Part shown: positions 39,670 through 50,892 of the stretch, piece after piece | Position numbering within the stretch: position 1 is the first letter of the stretch | How the letters are laid out: each line of letters starts with the position of its first letter | NCBI GenBank assembly: GCA_013239625.1 | Contig: MU054187.1 | Span: 1,305,587 to 1,362,216 of the forward strand | Length of the DNA: 56,630 nucleotides | Source: Lama guanicoe | Lineage: Eukaryota | Direction: 5' to 3' | Made by a program: the position numbers and the translations under genes | The notes under the pieces: generated by a model | What the model was told of the DNA's origin: nothing | Databases searched by the model: none | The model's input: only the letters and a program-made list of their open reading frames with translations

Positions 39670-39770
39670 CCCGTTCTCTCGGGTAAGTTATTTAAACAGC
39701 CTCAGCGTCCTCCCGTGTCAGACAGAGATCATGAGCTCCATGGTTGCTGTAAGGATAAAAGTGCACGCAC
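39670..39770 (+). mobile_element. MIR SINE remnant
   Basis: gggtaagttatttaaacagcctcagcgtcctcccgtgtcagacagag...ggttgctgtaaggataaa. Confidence 0.55.
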
Positions 39771-40497
39771 TCTGTTCAGAAGATTTGGAGAAACCAAAAT
39801 ACTTCCACGACGTGTTCAGAGACACCTTAGAACTGGCAGAAAGTTATGGGTAGAGAAAAAGTGCAAAGAGAGCTTCTGCCATCAGCATGAAGATCAGATG
39901 AGATGAATCCACAGAGGAGCCCGTGACCTGAAGCAGATACAGGACCAGGAAGGAGATGCGGTGCATGACCTCCGTTCAGAGCCCTTTCCACGCGCAGTCG
40001 GAATCAGTGAGCAGTGCGAGTGGACACCAGCCCGGTCGTGGGGGTAATTATTTGGAAACTCTTTGAGCTGACGGGCTATCCCATCCCTCCTCCTCCATGA
40101 GCGTGTGCTGAAGTGAGGACTATGAAGTGCCAACCCCATGCTCTAGCTGTGAGTGTGGACCAAGCTCTGAGTGTCCAAGGGTCTTTAGAAGTGACAGGAG
40201 CCCGAGTTCATAAGACAAACCCCCAGCTTATCCTCAGTCACGATTTTTCTCGTCTTCAACTGACATCAGAGACAAGCTGCCTTAAGCAGGATGTACGTTA
40301 ACCACCTCAGGGTGCTTAGAAAGACTTGCAGCTAGTTTTTAGAAACTAGCTCTTACGAAATAGAATATTTAGTGATTTTATGGAGTATGAATATCATAAT
40401 TGATAAAAAAAAAAAAAAACCTCTATAGCAGAATAGAAACAGTGAAAGCTGGAAACTACAACTGCGGTGTCCTCTCAAGGCGCAGCAGAACAAGCCG

Positions 40498-40538
40498 CCG
40501 TCCCACGGGTCACCGTCCCACGGGTCACCGTCCCCGGG
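40498..40538 (+). repeat. 15-bp tandem repeat (TCCCACGGGTCACCG) x ~2.6
   Basis: ccgtcccacgggtcaccgtcccacgggtcaccgtccccggg. Confidence 0.85.
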
Positions 40539-40839
40539 ATCTGAGATTTATCCTTGGGTTTTGAAAGTTTGGGGACAAAGTTTAGTTTCTTTTTTACTAT
40601 TCAAAACTCAGTTTTCCCTTTTGATCAGAAAAAAATACGTATTCAGTTTGGGGGTACTTTTTGGGTAATCCGTCTATTTCTCCCACTTCCACTATCTCTC
40701 TCCTGCTTGGCGTGAACGCCAGCTGCCGACGCGCGGCTCCCGCCTCTCCCCTCCTGTGCGCTTTGCCTGAGGTCTGCCAGGGCGGTGCCCGTGGAGTAAC
40801 TAAAATTTCACAGTGTTTCGCATTTCCCCACAAATGACC

Positions 40840-40939
40840 CCGAAAGCTCCATCAATACTGATTTTGGAATTACAAATAAATTTTAGCAAGTAGGTAAACT
40901 TGCAAATACAGAATCTGCAAAAAATGAGAATCTACTGTA
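40840..40939 (-). mobile_element. TcMar-Tigger DNA transposon end (MER6-like)
   Basis: tactgattttggaattacaaataaattttagcaagtaggtaaacttgcaaatacagaatctgcaaaaaatgagaatctactg|ta; ends in CTG-TA like a Tigger terminus. Subfamily from memory. Confidence 0.6.
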
Positions 40940-40994
40940 TGCGGGAGCGAAAAATCCTAACTCGTCAGTGTGTCAAAGGTAAAATCACAAGATT

Positions 40995-41980
40995 TTAGGA
41001 ACAATACAAGGATGCCTGCTCTCACTCCTACTCAGCATCGTGCTGTGTGTTCTAGACGCAACAGGCAAAAGAAAAAATGAGTTAAAATAACTATCTTGAA
41101 TCACACATGCTATGATCTTGTATATTGAAAAATAATAAAGACCCCTCTGAAATACTGCTTTAATAAATTAGTTCAGCAGTGTTTCCATACAGAAAATCAA
41201 CACAGAAGTGCCACTTAACATTTATATATACTAGCGGTAAACAGCTCCCAAATGAAACTGAGAAACAGTTCTGTTTTCAATAACACCTAAATGAATGAGA
41301 AAATTTTATTAGGAAAAAAACTAATAAAAAATATATGGAAAATGTGTATATGGAAAACATAACATTGTTATAAGAAATTAAGAAGATTTGCATAAAGGGA
41401 AAGACGTTCTATATTCACTAATCAGAAGAGAATATTGCAAAAAGGGCAGTTTCTCCCTGAGTTGAACCACAGATTCAATTAAAAGAAAACCTTTCAAAAT
41501 ATCAGCTGCTTTTATTATGTAAATTGACAAGCTAATCCTGAAACTTTACAAAAATGCAAGGAATCCAGAATAGCGAAAACAGTGAGAAAAATAAAGTTGG
41601 AGAATTCACACTTCTTGATTTCAAAAGTTACTACAGAGCTGTGGTAATCAAGAGAGTGCATTGATTACTCCGGCATGAGAGTAGACATGGATCAATGAAA
41701 CAGAGCTGACCGCCCTTCCCCCTAAAAAACTCTCACATTTCTAGTCGTTTGATTTAGGACAAAACTGCCAATGAAGAAAAAAACTTATTTTCAATAAATG
41801 ATACAACAACCAGTCTCATGCAAAAGAATGATTTTGAAACCTTGTAGCAAATTGTAGAAAAAACTAAGACAAAATAGATCTCAGACCTAAATTTAAGAGC
41901 TGAAACTAAAAACTCTTACCAAAAAAAATGGGATTATATTTTGCTACTTTGAGTTAGGCAGTGGTTTCAGTGGATACCAA
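40995..41980 (+). mobile_element. L1 ORF2 reverse-transcriptase/C-terminal remnant
   Basis: caaggatgcctgctctcac (QGCPLS-like), atgatcttgtatattgaaaa (DMILYIE-like), ggagaattcacacttcttgatttcaaaagttactacagagct; many stops and frameshifts. Confidence 0.85.
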
Positions 41981-41982
41981 AA

Positions 41983-42047
41983 CGTGTGTGCGTGTGTGTG
42001 TAATATGCACGCGCACACGCACACACACACTCACACACACGCACACA
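41983..42047. repeat. (TG)n...(CA)n microsatellite pair
   Basis: cgtgtgtgcgtgtgtgtg...cacgcgcacacgcacacacacactcacacacacgcacac. Confidence 0.85.
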
Positions 42048-42469
42048 ACCCCCCTCAAAACCTATAAACATAACTGACCAATGGGAGAAGATATTATTTC
42101 CCGATTCTGTGACTATTGCTTAAGCTTATGTTCTGTGTTCTCTAACGTGATGAGAACACAAATTGAAAAAGCATTGGCATTTTTCCTTCAAAGTAATATG
42201 CTTGTGGAAAGTTGCATTTGAAATGGTCATTTAAATATTGATTTTAACAAAAAGTCAAGCTATTGATTTTCACATGACGTAGCCACAGATGTTGCTTTAA
42301 TAACGTTTCTATTTCTATCACAGCAGTGAGTGATAGGTTGTGTAAGAAGACACTTCTAGAGACTTTAGACAAGAAACATCTTGTCTTAGACTACAGGTTA
42401 TGAAGAACTGTATCTTCTCAGGCACACTTATTTAGTGTTATAAAACCATAACTACAATCGTAATACACA

Positions 42470-43075
42470 GTTTTTACTAAAACTATTATTGTGAAATGCA
42501 AACCCACAGGAAGGTGGAGAGCTAGGACAGAGATAGCCCACGTGTCCTTCATTCAGTTTCCCCCAGTGGATGTATCTTGTACAACTGAGTTACAATGCAA
42601 AAAACAGGAGCTTCACACTGAAGCAATACGTGTACAGTTCTGTGTCAGTTATAGCAGATGTAGACTTGTGTGCCCACGTCCACACCTAGCACGGACCCCT
42701 CTCCCTCGTGCTGCCCTTTGTAGGCAACCGCACACCTGTCACTAGGTGGGATTTTAATATTGTTGATTTCAAATTTCATTCTTTCTAATATAAACATTTA
42801 ATTATATAATTTCTTTCTTAGAATTGGATTTGCTGCATTCCACAAATTTTGATATCTTGTACTCTCTATTTTCATTCAACCCAACGTGTTTTTAATTTCC
42901 CTCAAGGCTTCCTCTTTGACAGATGGATTTTTTTTTAGACGTGTGATGTTTATGTTCTAAGTATTTGAAGATTTCTGTTATATTTCTAGAATTGATTGCT
43001 AGTCTGATACAGTTAGTCAGAGAACATACTCTGTATAATTTCACTTTCTTTCTCTTTTTCTTTATGGCCCAAGAT
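42470..43075 (-). mobile_element. Old L1M remnants (3'-end piece ~42470-42740; ORF2 piece ~42760-43075)
   Basis: cacgtgtccttcattcagtttccccca...; tttgctgcattccacaaattttgatat...cttcctctttgac...gtcagagaacatactctgtataattt. Confidence 0.65.
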
Positions 43076-43104
43076 ACGAGCTCATCTCAGTTACTAAACT
43101 TGTA

Positions 43105-44130
43105 TAAGACAAAATAAACTTTAAGGCAAAAATTGTCCCTAAAGTAAAGAAGGATGCTATATAATAAAAAGGATCAATTCAACAGAAAGCTGTAACAACT
43201 GTAAATATATATGCATCCAACATCAGAGAACCTAATAGATAAAAAATATTGACAGGTTGGAAGGGAGAAGTTGACAGCAACACAGCTGTAGTAGGAGGCT
43301 TCAGAGTGCCAGTGCAGAACAGAACATTCAGGCAGAACAGCAACACAGAAGCAGCTGACGTGAACAACGCCACAGAGCAAATGGACCGAACAGACGAAAA
43401 CAGAACAGCTCATTCAGACTCTTCCCAAGGGCATGGAACGTTCTCCAGGGTAGATCAAATGTTAGGTCACAAAACATGTCTTAACAAATTAAAAAGATTG
43501 AAATTTAAAAACAAAGTTCTTCTTAGACCACACGTGGATGAAACTAGAAATCAATCACAGAAAGAAACCAGAAAAATCCCACACATACATGGAAACTAAG
43601 TGACACAGTCTTGAAAAAAATCACTAGCCAAAAGGTGAAATTAAAAAGGAACTTAAAAAAAATACCTGAGAGAAACAAAAATGAAAATTCAGCACACCCA
43701 AACCTATGGGATGCAGCAAAAGCACTATTAGGAGGGAAGTTCCTACATTATAAAGAAAAAGAACAAACCAAACCCAAAAATTATCATAAGGAAGCAAATA
43801 ATAAAGATTAGTGAATAAATAAATGAAATAGAGAATAAATAAACAATAGGAAAAATCAGTAAAATTAAGTTGTGTTTTTTGAAAAGAAAAACAAAAGTCA
43901 AAAACTCAGATAAAGAAGAAAAGCTACCTAAATAAACACATTCAGAAGTGTAAGAGGAGACATGCTATGGAGAACACAGAGAAAATGGGTGAGGGCCTCG
44001 TATGAATACCAGTGAACTGGGTAACCTGGAAGATGGATGAATTCCTAGAGACACAGAAACTAGGAAGACTGGATGAAGAAGAAACAGGAAGTCTGCACAG
44101 ACCCGCAGCAGCATACTTACGGATCAGAAG
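43105..44130 (+). mobile_element. L1 ORF2 endonuclease-domain remnant
   Basis: Translations GEVDSNTAVVGGF, HGTFSRVDQMLGHKT and PNLWDAAKALLGGKF match L1 ORF2 N-terminal motifs. Confidence 0.9.
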
Positions 44131-44154
44131 ATTAACAGACCGATGGGCTGACTG

Positions 44155-44980
44155 GTCAGCAGTAGATGGACAGACAGACAGACAGAGATGTACAGCACGT
44201 GTGCACACACACACTGGGACAGTATTCAGCCTTACACGAAGAGGGCATCCTGCTGTTTGTGACTTTGGTGGAGTGGAGTGAGGTCCTAATAAGCAAGTGG
44301 AGCGAAATAAGCAAGACACGGGAAGAGAAACACTGCGTGGCCCGACCTGCGTGTGGCGTCTGAAACAGCCACACCCAGAAGCAGAGGGGAGGACGGGGGT
44401 TGCCAGGGGCTGCAGGGAGGGAAATGGGGGGACGTTGGTCAAGGGCACAAATTTCAGTTTTGCAGGATGAATAGGGAGCTAATGTACCTGTAATGACATA
44501 GGTAGCAATATTTCTTTCTTTTTTTCACTTTTTTTCAACATTACTTTATTGAGTTATGGTCATTTTACAATGTTGTGTCAAATTCCAGTGTAGAGCACAA
44601 TTTTCAGTTCTACATAAACATACATATATTCATTGTCATATTTTTTTTGCTATGAGCTACCACCAGATCTTGTATATATTTCCCTGTGCTGTACAGTATA
44701 ATCTTGTTTATCTATTCTGCATATGCCTGTCAGTATCTACAAATTTTGAGCAATATTAGTATACTTGAAATTTGCAGACAGAATAGATGGTAAATTAACC
44801 ATTCCCACCACACACAATAGCAGTTACAGAGGTGACTGTGTGTTAATTAGCTTAATTAGCTTGATGTTGGTGCACTTTTTTACAATGTGTGTATATATAA
44901 AAACATCAAGTCATACACCTTAAATAAATACCATTTTATATGTCTAGGATACCACAATAAACCTTACAAAATAAAAGATA
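44155..44980 (+). mobile_element. L1MA-type 3' end, interrupted by a younger L1 insertion
   Basis: tattcagcctt...gcgaaataagc...ggttgccaggggctg...gttggtcaagggcacaaatttcagtt...tatacttgaaatttgc...gttaattagcttgat...caataaa. Confidence 0.85.
44513..44748 (-). mobile_element. Young 5'-truncated camelid-type L1 3' end with 9-bp TSD
   Basis: T-rich tail, then ttttacaatgttgtgtcaaattccagtgtagagcac...ttccctgtgctgtacagt; TSD AGCAATATT at 44504-44512 and 44749-44757. Confidence 0.85.
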
Positions 44981-47063
44981 ACTTGGGGCCAATGTTTTAA
45001 ATATGGAGGCTGTTACAATGTTTCTTTTCTTTTAAAGATTATTTTTTAAATGATAAAATGATTTAGTAAGTGGACTCAGACCTTGCTATATGTGTTAAGT
45101 AGACAATGTTCAGTGACACACACTCTAGTAATTCATAACACATTCCCTAGTCACAGGCAAACACGTAACAGCTCGAGCTCACTTAGCAAGAAATACGGTT
45201 GTTTGGCAAATGTGACTGAGCTCCCATATATATTAGAAGATTAAAAATTCGATATAGTATTTAAATTTTTGGTTGTGAAAAATCTCAGAAATACTGAAAA
45301 AAAGTCATGTGGATTTTCATGGATTTAGGGGAGCATTCTTTGGTTTTGGTTTTGGTTTTTGTTGTTTTTGTTGGGTTTTGGCTATGTAAAGACAATGCTA
45401 CAGTACATAAGTCTGCTGTTTTTTTCTCTGAAAGCAAAAATTCATAAACTCTCACTTCATTACTCAGAAAGCTGAAAAAAATTCCCATCTGTGTTCTAAA
45501 GTGTCATTAAACTTTTCAGAACTTTTCTAGTTCTTCTAGAATGGTTCCCAGTTGAAGTTATGAGCACTATTGTAGTTATTTGGCAATTTATAAAAAAGCT
45601 CATTTTATTGTTATTGGGTACTTTAAAAAATAAAGGTTTATTTATTACGTTAATACACACTCGAGTGCATCAAGGATCACTAACATATTCTCAGAGTTGT
45701 CCGTAACACTTTTTCTAGGTTAAAAATATATATGTATATATAGTTTATAGCTCTAATGTTTTTATTATCTTTATGTACATGTATTTTATAGTTTGATATA
45801 ATATGGCCAGACAATCCTCTGACTTCAAAACAGGCTGTCTTCTAAAAGCATTGTTGTAGCTTTATTCATTGAAATTCATGACCATTCCTCCCATGGAAAC
45901 ACTGTTAAAATATTTCCTAAACCAGTGTATACAGCATATTAATCCTAAATTACTGGATCTGAGGCCTGGCAGCCAACGGAGTGCTTTGTGTCCAATAAGA
46001 GAAAGAAAAAGAAAATTGCTTTTTTATATAGTGGAACAGTGCAGAGTTTGGAAACATTTTAAATAGACTTCTTTCCCCAAACCCTTGCCGACCCCCAATC
46101 TCCATGGCCTCAGAGACATCGCGCTCCCAAAAGAGACCTTTCAGGTATATTATGGTTTAGTAAGACTCAAATCAGAAGCTGAGGATTAAGTTCCAGTAAT
46201 GCCCCTTTCCAGCTCTGCTCTGTAAAGCTTCATTTTCTCATTATACATTGTGGATAAAAGTGCCTGCCTAAAGGATTGCCCTAGGGACACAGTGTTCTGT
46301 AGTTTGAAGGCAAGGACTGAATATATAACACGATGAGTGAACATTTTGCATGCTCAGGAAGTGTCTGTCAAAGATCCTACTAAAGAATTCGTGATGTGCG
46401 GAAGTTTGCCTTTTGGAAGAGAATGACCGGTGACCTGCACAGATGCCGATCTGGCCTTTGAGGGCTCACCAGTTAGGAAGCTTAACAGTCACAAAGCTGG
46501 GTGCGGATTTGGGACGAAGGATCTCCCTCCAGTTCGAAAAAGAAGGAGCCGCTTCTTACGTAGCCTGCTTTTCACAATTTCTGACTCTTTCTGGCATCTG
46601 GAACCAAAAGTTTTCTAAAACTCCCAGATACTTCTCCTCTCCCCGCAAATTCTGCAGAGCTCCGGTGTGTCGATTCCGAGGAGGCAAGAGGAGGACGGGG
46701 CGGGGCTCCCGCTTGGCGATGCAGGTCCTTGTCAGCCTGTCTGGTGATGCTTCTCACCACAGAAGAATCGGGGGCAGCTGGAAACGCGTCGGGGGGAACT
46801 ACGTCCAGTTTTTATCGGAGTTAACTTCCTCGGAGCTCTGGAAATTATTAACCAAATACTTGCAACACCTGCAGAGTGCTTATTAGAAACAAAACAGGTG
46901 CATTTGGGGAGCTTTGTGGTATGTCATTAGCTAGAACTGATGCTAGTTAAGTCTACTGCACTTGAAAGACATTGTCCAGCTGTGACCTAGCTGCCTAGTT
47001 ATTTTCAATGTTTTTAAGGAGATACTTTTTCGTTTACATAACTCGTTCCGCTTTCCCTTTCAG

Positions 47064-47222
47064 GAGCTGGAGTTTTCAAACCTGTTCGCCGTTCTTCACT
47101 GCATTCACTCATTCTTCGCTGCCAAAGTGGCTTGTCTGGACCCTTTCTTCCTGGGCAGCCAGGCCGCGACGTCCGCTGCTTCCAGCTCGGGGCTGACGGG
47201 CAAAGCCAAGTACACGACCTGA
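47064..47222 (+). CDS. SNTG1: SNTG1 terminal coding exon (ELEFSNLFAVLHCIHSFFAAKVACLDPFFLGSQAATSAASSSGLTGKAKYTT*)
   Basis: Acceptor ctttccctttcag|, stop TGA at 47220-47222. The C-terminus ...KAKYTT is what I recall for SNTG1 rather than SNTG2. Confidence 0.95.
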   Translation, partial: ELEFSNLFAVLHCIHSFFAAKVACLDPFFLGSQAATSAASSSGLTGKAKYTT

Positions 47223-47348
47223 CGGCTGCGCTCGGCGTCCCGCTTGCCGCGACCTGTGAGCGGGACGGAACGGTGGCCACTCGCTTCGGACGCTGGAGAA
47301 GCAAGCGCACCACCGAGGCCACCGCGGAATCACATGGAAACCGCAACA

Positions 47349-47384
47349 GAAAAAAGAAAAAAAAAAGAAGAAGAAGAAGAAGAA
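47349..47384 (+). repeat. A-run/(GAA)n microsatellite in proximal 3' UTR
   Basis: gaaaaaagaaaaaaaaaagaagaagaagaagaagaag. Confidence 0.9.
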
Positions 47385-47537
47385 GGTCCTGCAGATCCCC
47401 AAGGCACTTCTGTCTCGAAAGGCTTTGCAGGCCCTGCTCCCCCTCGGGGACGCGCCCCGGCGCCCCGGCCTCAGGCTGCAACGAGGGACGCAGCCGCTCG
47501 AGGATGTAGGTAACACACAGACTGTGCGGCACCTGTG

Positions 47538-47543
47538 AATAAA
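47538..47543 (+). terminator. Proximal polyadenylation signal AATAAA
   Basis: AATAAA about 315 nt after the stop, followed ~20 nt later by U/GU-rich ttctgtattttaggtcatttcgtgt. Confidence 0.5.
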
Positions 47544-50500
47544 GACAGCCGAACGGCTGCTTCTGTATTTTAGGTCATTTCGTGTCGCTGCACCGGGAGC
47601 GACCTGAAGGCAGCAGGGGGACCCGCGCGAGGACCCGCGTCTCAGGAGGGCGCCTGCACCCGCCGGTCTGGGTCCCTCCTTGTGTTCGCATCCCGTGACC
47701 TGACACTGGCATCCGGCTTTGTCTGTCTTGTTGCAAAACACTGCTGAGAATTGCAGACGGGCAGTTCCCTCTTACCCGGGGCGGACGCGCGTGCAAGGGG
47801 CGGTTTCCGCCTTGGGTCATTGACGCCGAGTGTTTCTTCGCTAACGTGTCAGTTTCATTATGAACGAAGGACGGTCCGTGACCACTTGCTCTCTCCTTCA
47901 TTTAAGGAGATTGATGTTTGCCCTGGGACTTACCTCCTAGCTACACTTTCAGTGACCCCCAGAAACTTTTGTACAGAAAATAGTATCAACACATGTGACG
48001 TTGGAACAGTTCTTTGCAGTCCTAACCCTGCCTGTCAGTCCTGGACCAAAACGTCCCTAGAAAGCATTCTCAAAGCTATCACTTAGGTAGATGGCATTTT
48101 CCCATTTTAGTTACAGTTTGTGAAAGAATAAGGTGAGATATGAGAATAAAACTTAAAATGTCTATTTGGCCATGTCATAAAAAGGAGTTCCCTAGCACCA
48201 AATGAGCTGCCTCGCGGGTTGTCTCAGGAAAGTCAAAGTAAAGAGGGCGGGGATTGAAAGCGCTGGAGCTGCGCATACGACATGCGCCCCAGGTGTGGCG
48301 TAGCTCTTCCTGTAACGTTGTCTGTCCTTCGCTGCAGCTCTACTGAGATACGCTTTCAAACCGTCCCCCGCCTACTAAGAAAGAGAAAAGCTACTTTTTT
48401 GTTAACACATGCTTTCCTAACTCAACCAAACATTGGCTATTCCCCTGGGAAGGTGACCAAGTACCTAACATGGTGGTTTGACTTTTCTTTTTTAATAGAA
48501 AGGAAAAAAATCACTAAAGAAGGAAACAGATGATGTGTTAAAAGGACACATGAACATTATAATTAAAAAGTAAACATCAAACGACTTCCATAATCACTGT
48601 AAGTTACTCGCTCAGTTTGCACCTGACTGACTCTTAAGCACATTAAATTGAAAAGAAAACCTGGGTGATGGTTAAGTTCAATCGAGGAACCTTATGAAAA
48701 GAGCTGTGGCAGGCTGGACAACATGCAGTGTTCATGCAGTTTGACCATCAAATGAAACACATGTCCCTAATTGGGATAACACTAAAGAATTATTGCTATG
48801 TTTTGATCAAACAAAAGAGTCATTCTAAAACCGGAAGCCCACCAAAAACAGGCCACTAGTGAACTCAAGGGGCAGTGGCAGACAGAGGCTCTGAGGCTCT
48901 GGCGGCCAGTTCATTGGAGAACCTCTGTGGCTAACTAGAGTCGCACCCCAGTGTGCCCTGCGTGGGGCAAGTCCATGTGTCCTAGTGTGATCAGCGGTCT
49001 ACAGGCAATATGAAATGGGCTAATTAGCCTAAAGGAAAAGAAATAGTTCTAAATCTTTATGTAAGTGTAATGTAATCACTAAAAACCAATGTCAGATTTT
49101 GTAAAAGCTCCATTTAAAGAATACAAAAAGGCATTTAATTAAACACCTTTTTTGTTGTATCATAAAAATCTTCTAGCCTGTGCTTGTGTGTATGAAGGAC
49201 AAGGTGCACAATGAGCTACATCTGCGTGTGTATCTCCTTGTGCAAGACGCACACACACATACACATATATGTATATACAGAATGAAATGCTAATCACAAA
49301 TTATATAGCAAAATATATTTCAAATATATACTTAATATCCTTTAAATTTACATTGTAAATTTTAGCTTGAATTAAAATTTATAATACTATCATACTGTGT
49401 TTATTTTTGATACTTTGGGAGAAAAAAAACCAAAACAGGCCTAAATTGCTACTTAATACAATTAGTGGAGAAGCCACTTAGTATAAAAATCTTATTTTGA
49501 TTTTCATCAGTTAGCAAATAACATTTAATGTTTTCAGTCACAGAGCAACAATTAGGCACTGTCATTTGTTACAACTTGGACTACTTGAATGAGAAAGGTT
49601 AGAAATGAACCAAAATACTCAGATAAATCTCTATTTCTCGTGTAATTTAGGTTTAGATGCATGAGGTCTAGTCATCAAATCCTAGTTTGTACTAGAGCAT
49701 ATTTTCACAGCAGAATGCCTGATAGTGTGTGTCCCTCTTCAGTGCCTTGGTATGTGTGTGTGTGCATACACATTATACATATATATACACACCTGTATAC
49801 ACGTGTGTATATGTATACACACCACAGGTCCATTCTAGTGTAAATAGTATGAATTCAAAGGGAACATTACATTATAGGTACTTAGGTCAGAGAAGAGAGT
49901 TCAAACATCATTTGAAATCTTTGCAAACTACTGTAAGAATGCATTTTGCCTGCTAAAGAATAACAATTCATTTAAGCTGAAGTATATTAAAGCAGGGGCA
50001 CTTTTAATTTGTTATATTGCAACAAGTATTTATTTCAGAGCTACTTTAATTAATAGATAATATAAATGTAATGCGTACCCCAACATTTACAACCCAGCAC
50101 TGTTTTTAAGGGGAAATCATCACTCATCATTCCTTGTCCACTTTTCAGACATGTACCAACTTACCGTTTGAAAGCCTTTGATCACACAGCTGTCATTCAG
50201 CGAGAAGAAATGTAATTCCTCGAAAATAAACGTCCATCCTACATTCACTTTGTCAACAGAGAAACTCTCCTTTGGGTGTATTAGTTTAAAGTTAGAGGTT
50301 TTCTTCATTTTTGAAAACAGAGCTTGTTCATAAACTGCCTACATTGAATGCTGGACTGGAGAAATGCTTGCTTGATTACTGGGGACAAGTAATAATCCTC
50401 ACAATTATTTAGAACGACTGCTAGAAATCAGCAAGGTGGAGAAGCTTTAAAAGCACAAGGACAATCTTGTGCTTAACTTTTGAAGGTAAGTGTTGATGTT

Positions 50501-50849
50501 TCAATATTAGCAACAAACATTTTGCTGGTCTTAACCCTTCTGTCCCACGACCCTCCGTAAGGACCTGCTTTATTCACACCTCTGAAACTCTTATGATTTA
50601 TCCTTATTCCTTAATACCATAAAGTCATAACTCACCTATTTGCACATCTGAAGTTGCTTTTAAAGATAAATAAAATATTATAAATGTTATATATTTTATA
50701 CATATTAAAATGATATGAAAATACCAGAAATGTGAAGTGTAAATATATTTATTTCATTTTTAATTGTTTTGGTGGATGTTTGTAAAATGTACATTAAAAT
50801 CTATGACAAAAACTTGTCACTTTGTTCTTTAAGTTCATAATGTACTACT

Positions 50850-50892
50850 AATAAAACTGTACCTTTTTTAATGACGCATACTGGAAAATAAA
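50850..50892 (+). terminator. Distal polyadenylation signal pair (AATAAA 50850-50855 and 50887-50892)
   Basis: Two AATAAA hexamers preceded by TGTA motifs (tgtaaaatgtac, tgtactactaataaa) and followed by U/GU-rich sequence. Confidence 0.55.

Noticed and set aside
40995..44130. Possible active or domesticated L1 ORF2
   Set aside because: Fragments are out of order (RT before EN), riddled with stops and frameshifts, and belong to separate old insertions.
46390..46886. 147-aa ORF / possible LTR-like segment before the last exon
   Set aside because: No recognisable homology or supported splice sites; left unannotated.
3802..47222. Alternative identification as SNTG2
   Set aside because: The peptides IKKINRNFPVNQQ, VTTWDWTRAEKTF and the C-terminal KAKYTT match my recollection of SNTG1. 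A BLASTP search would settle it.
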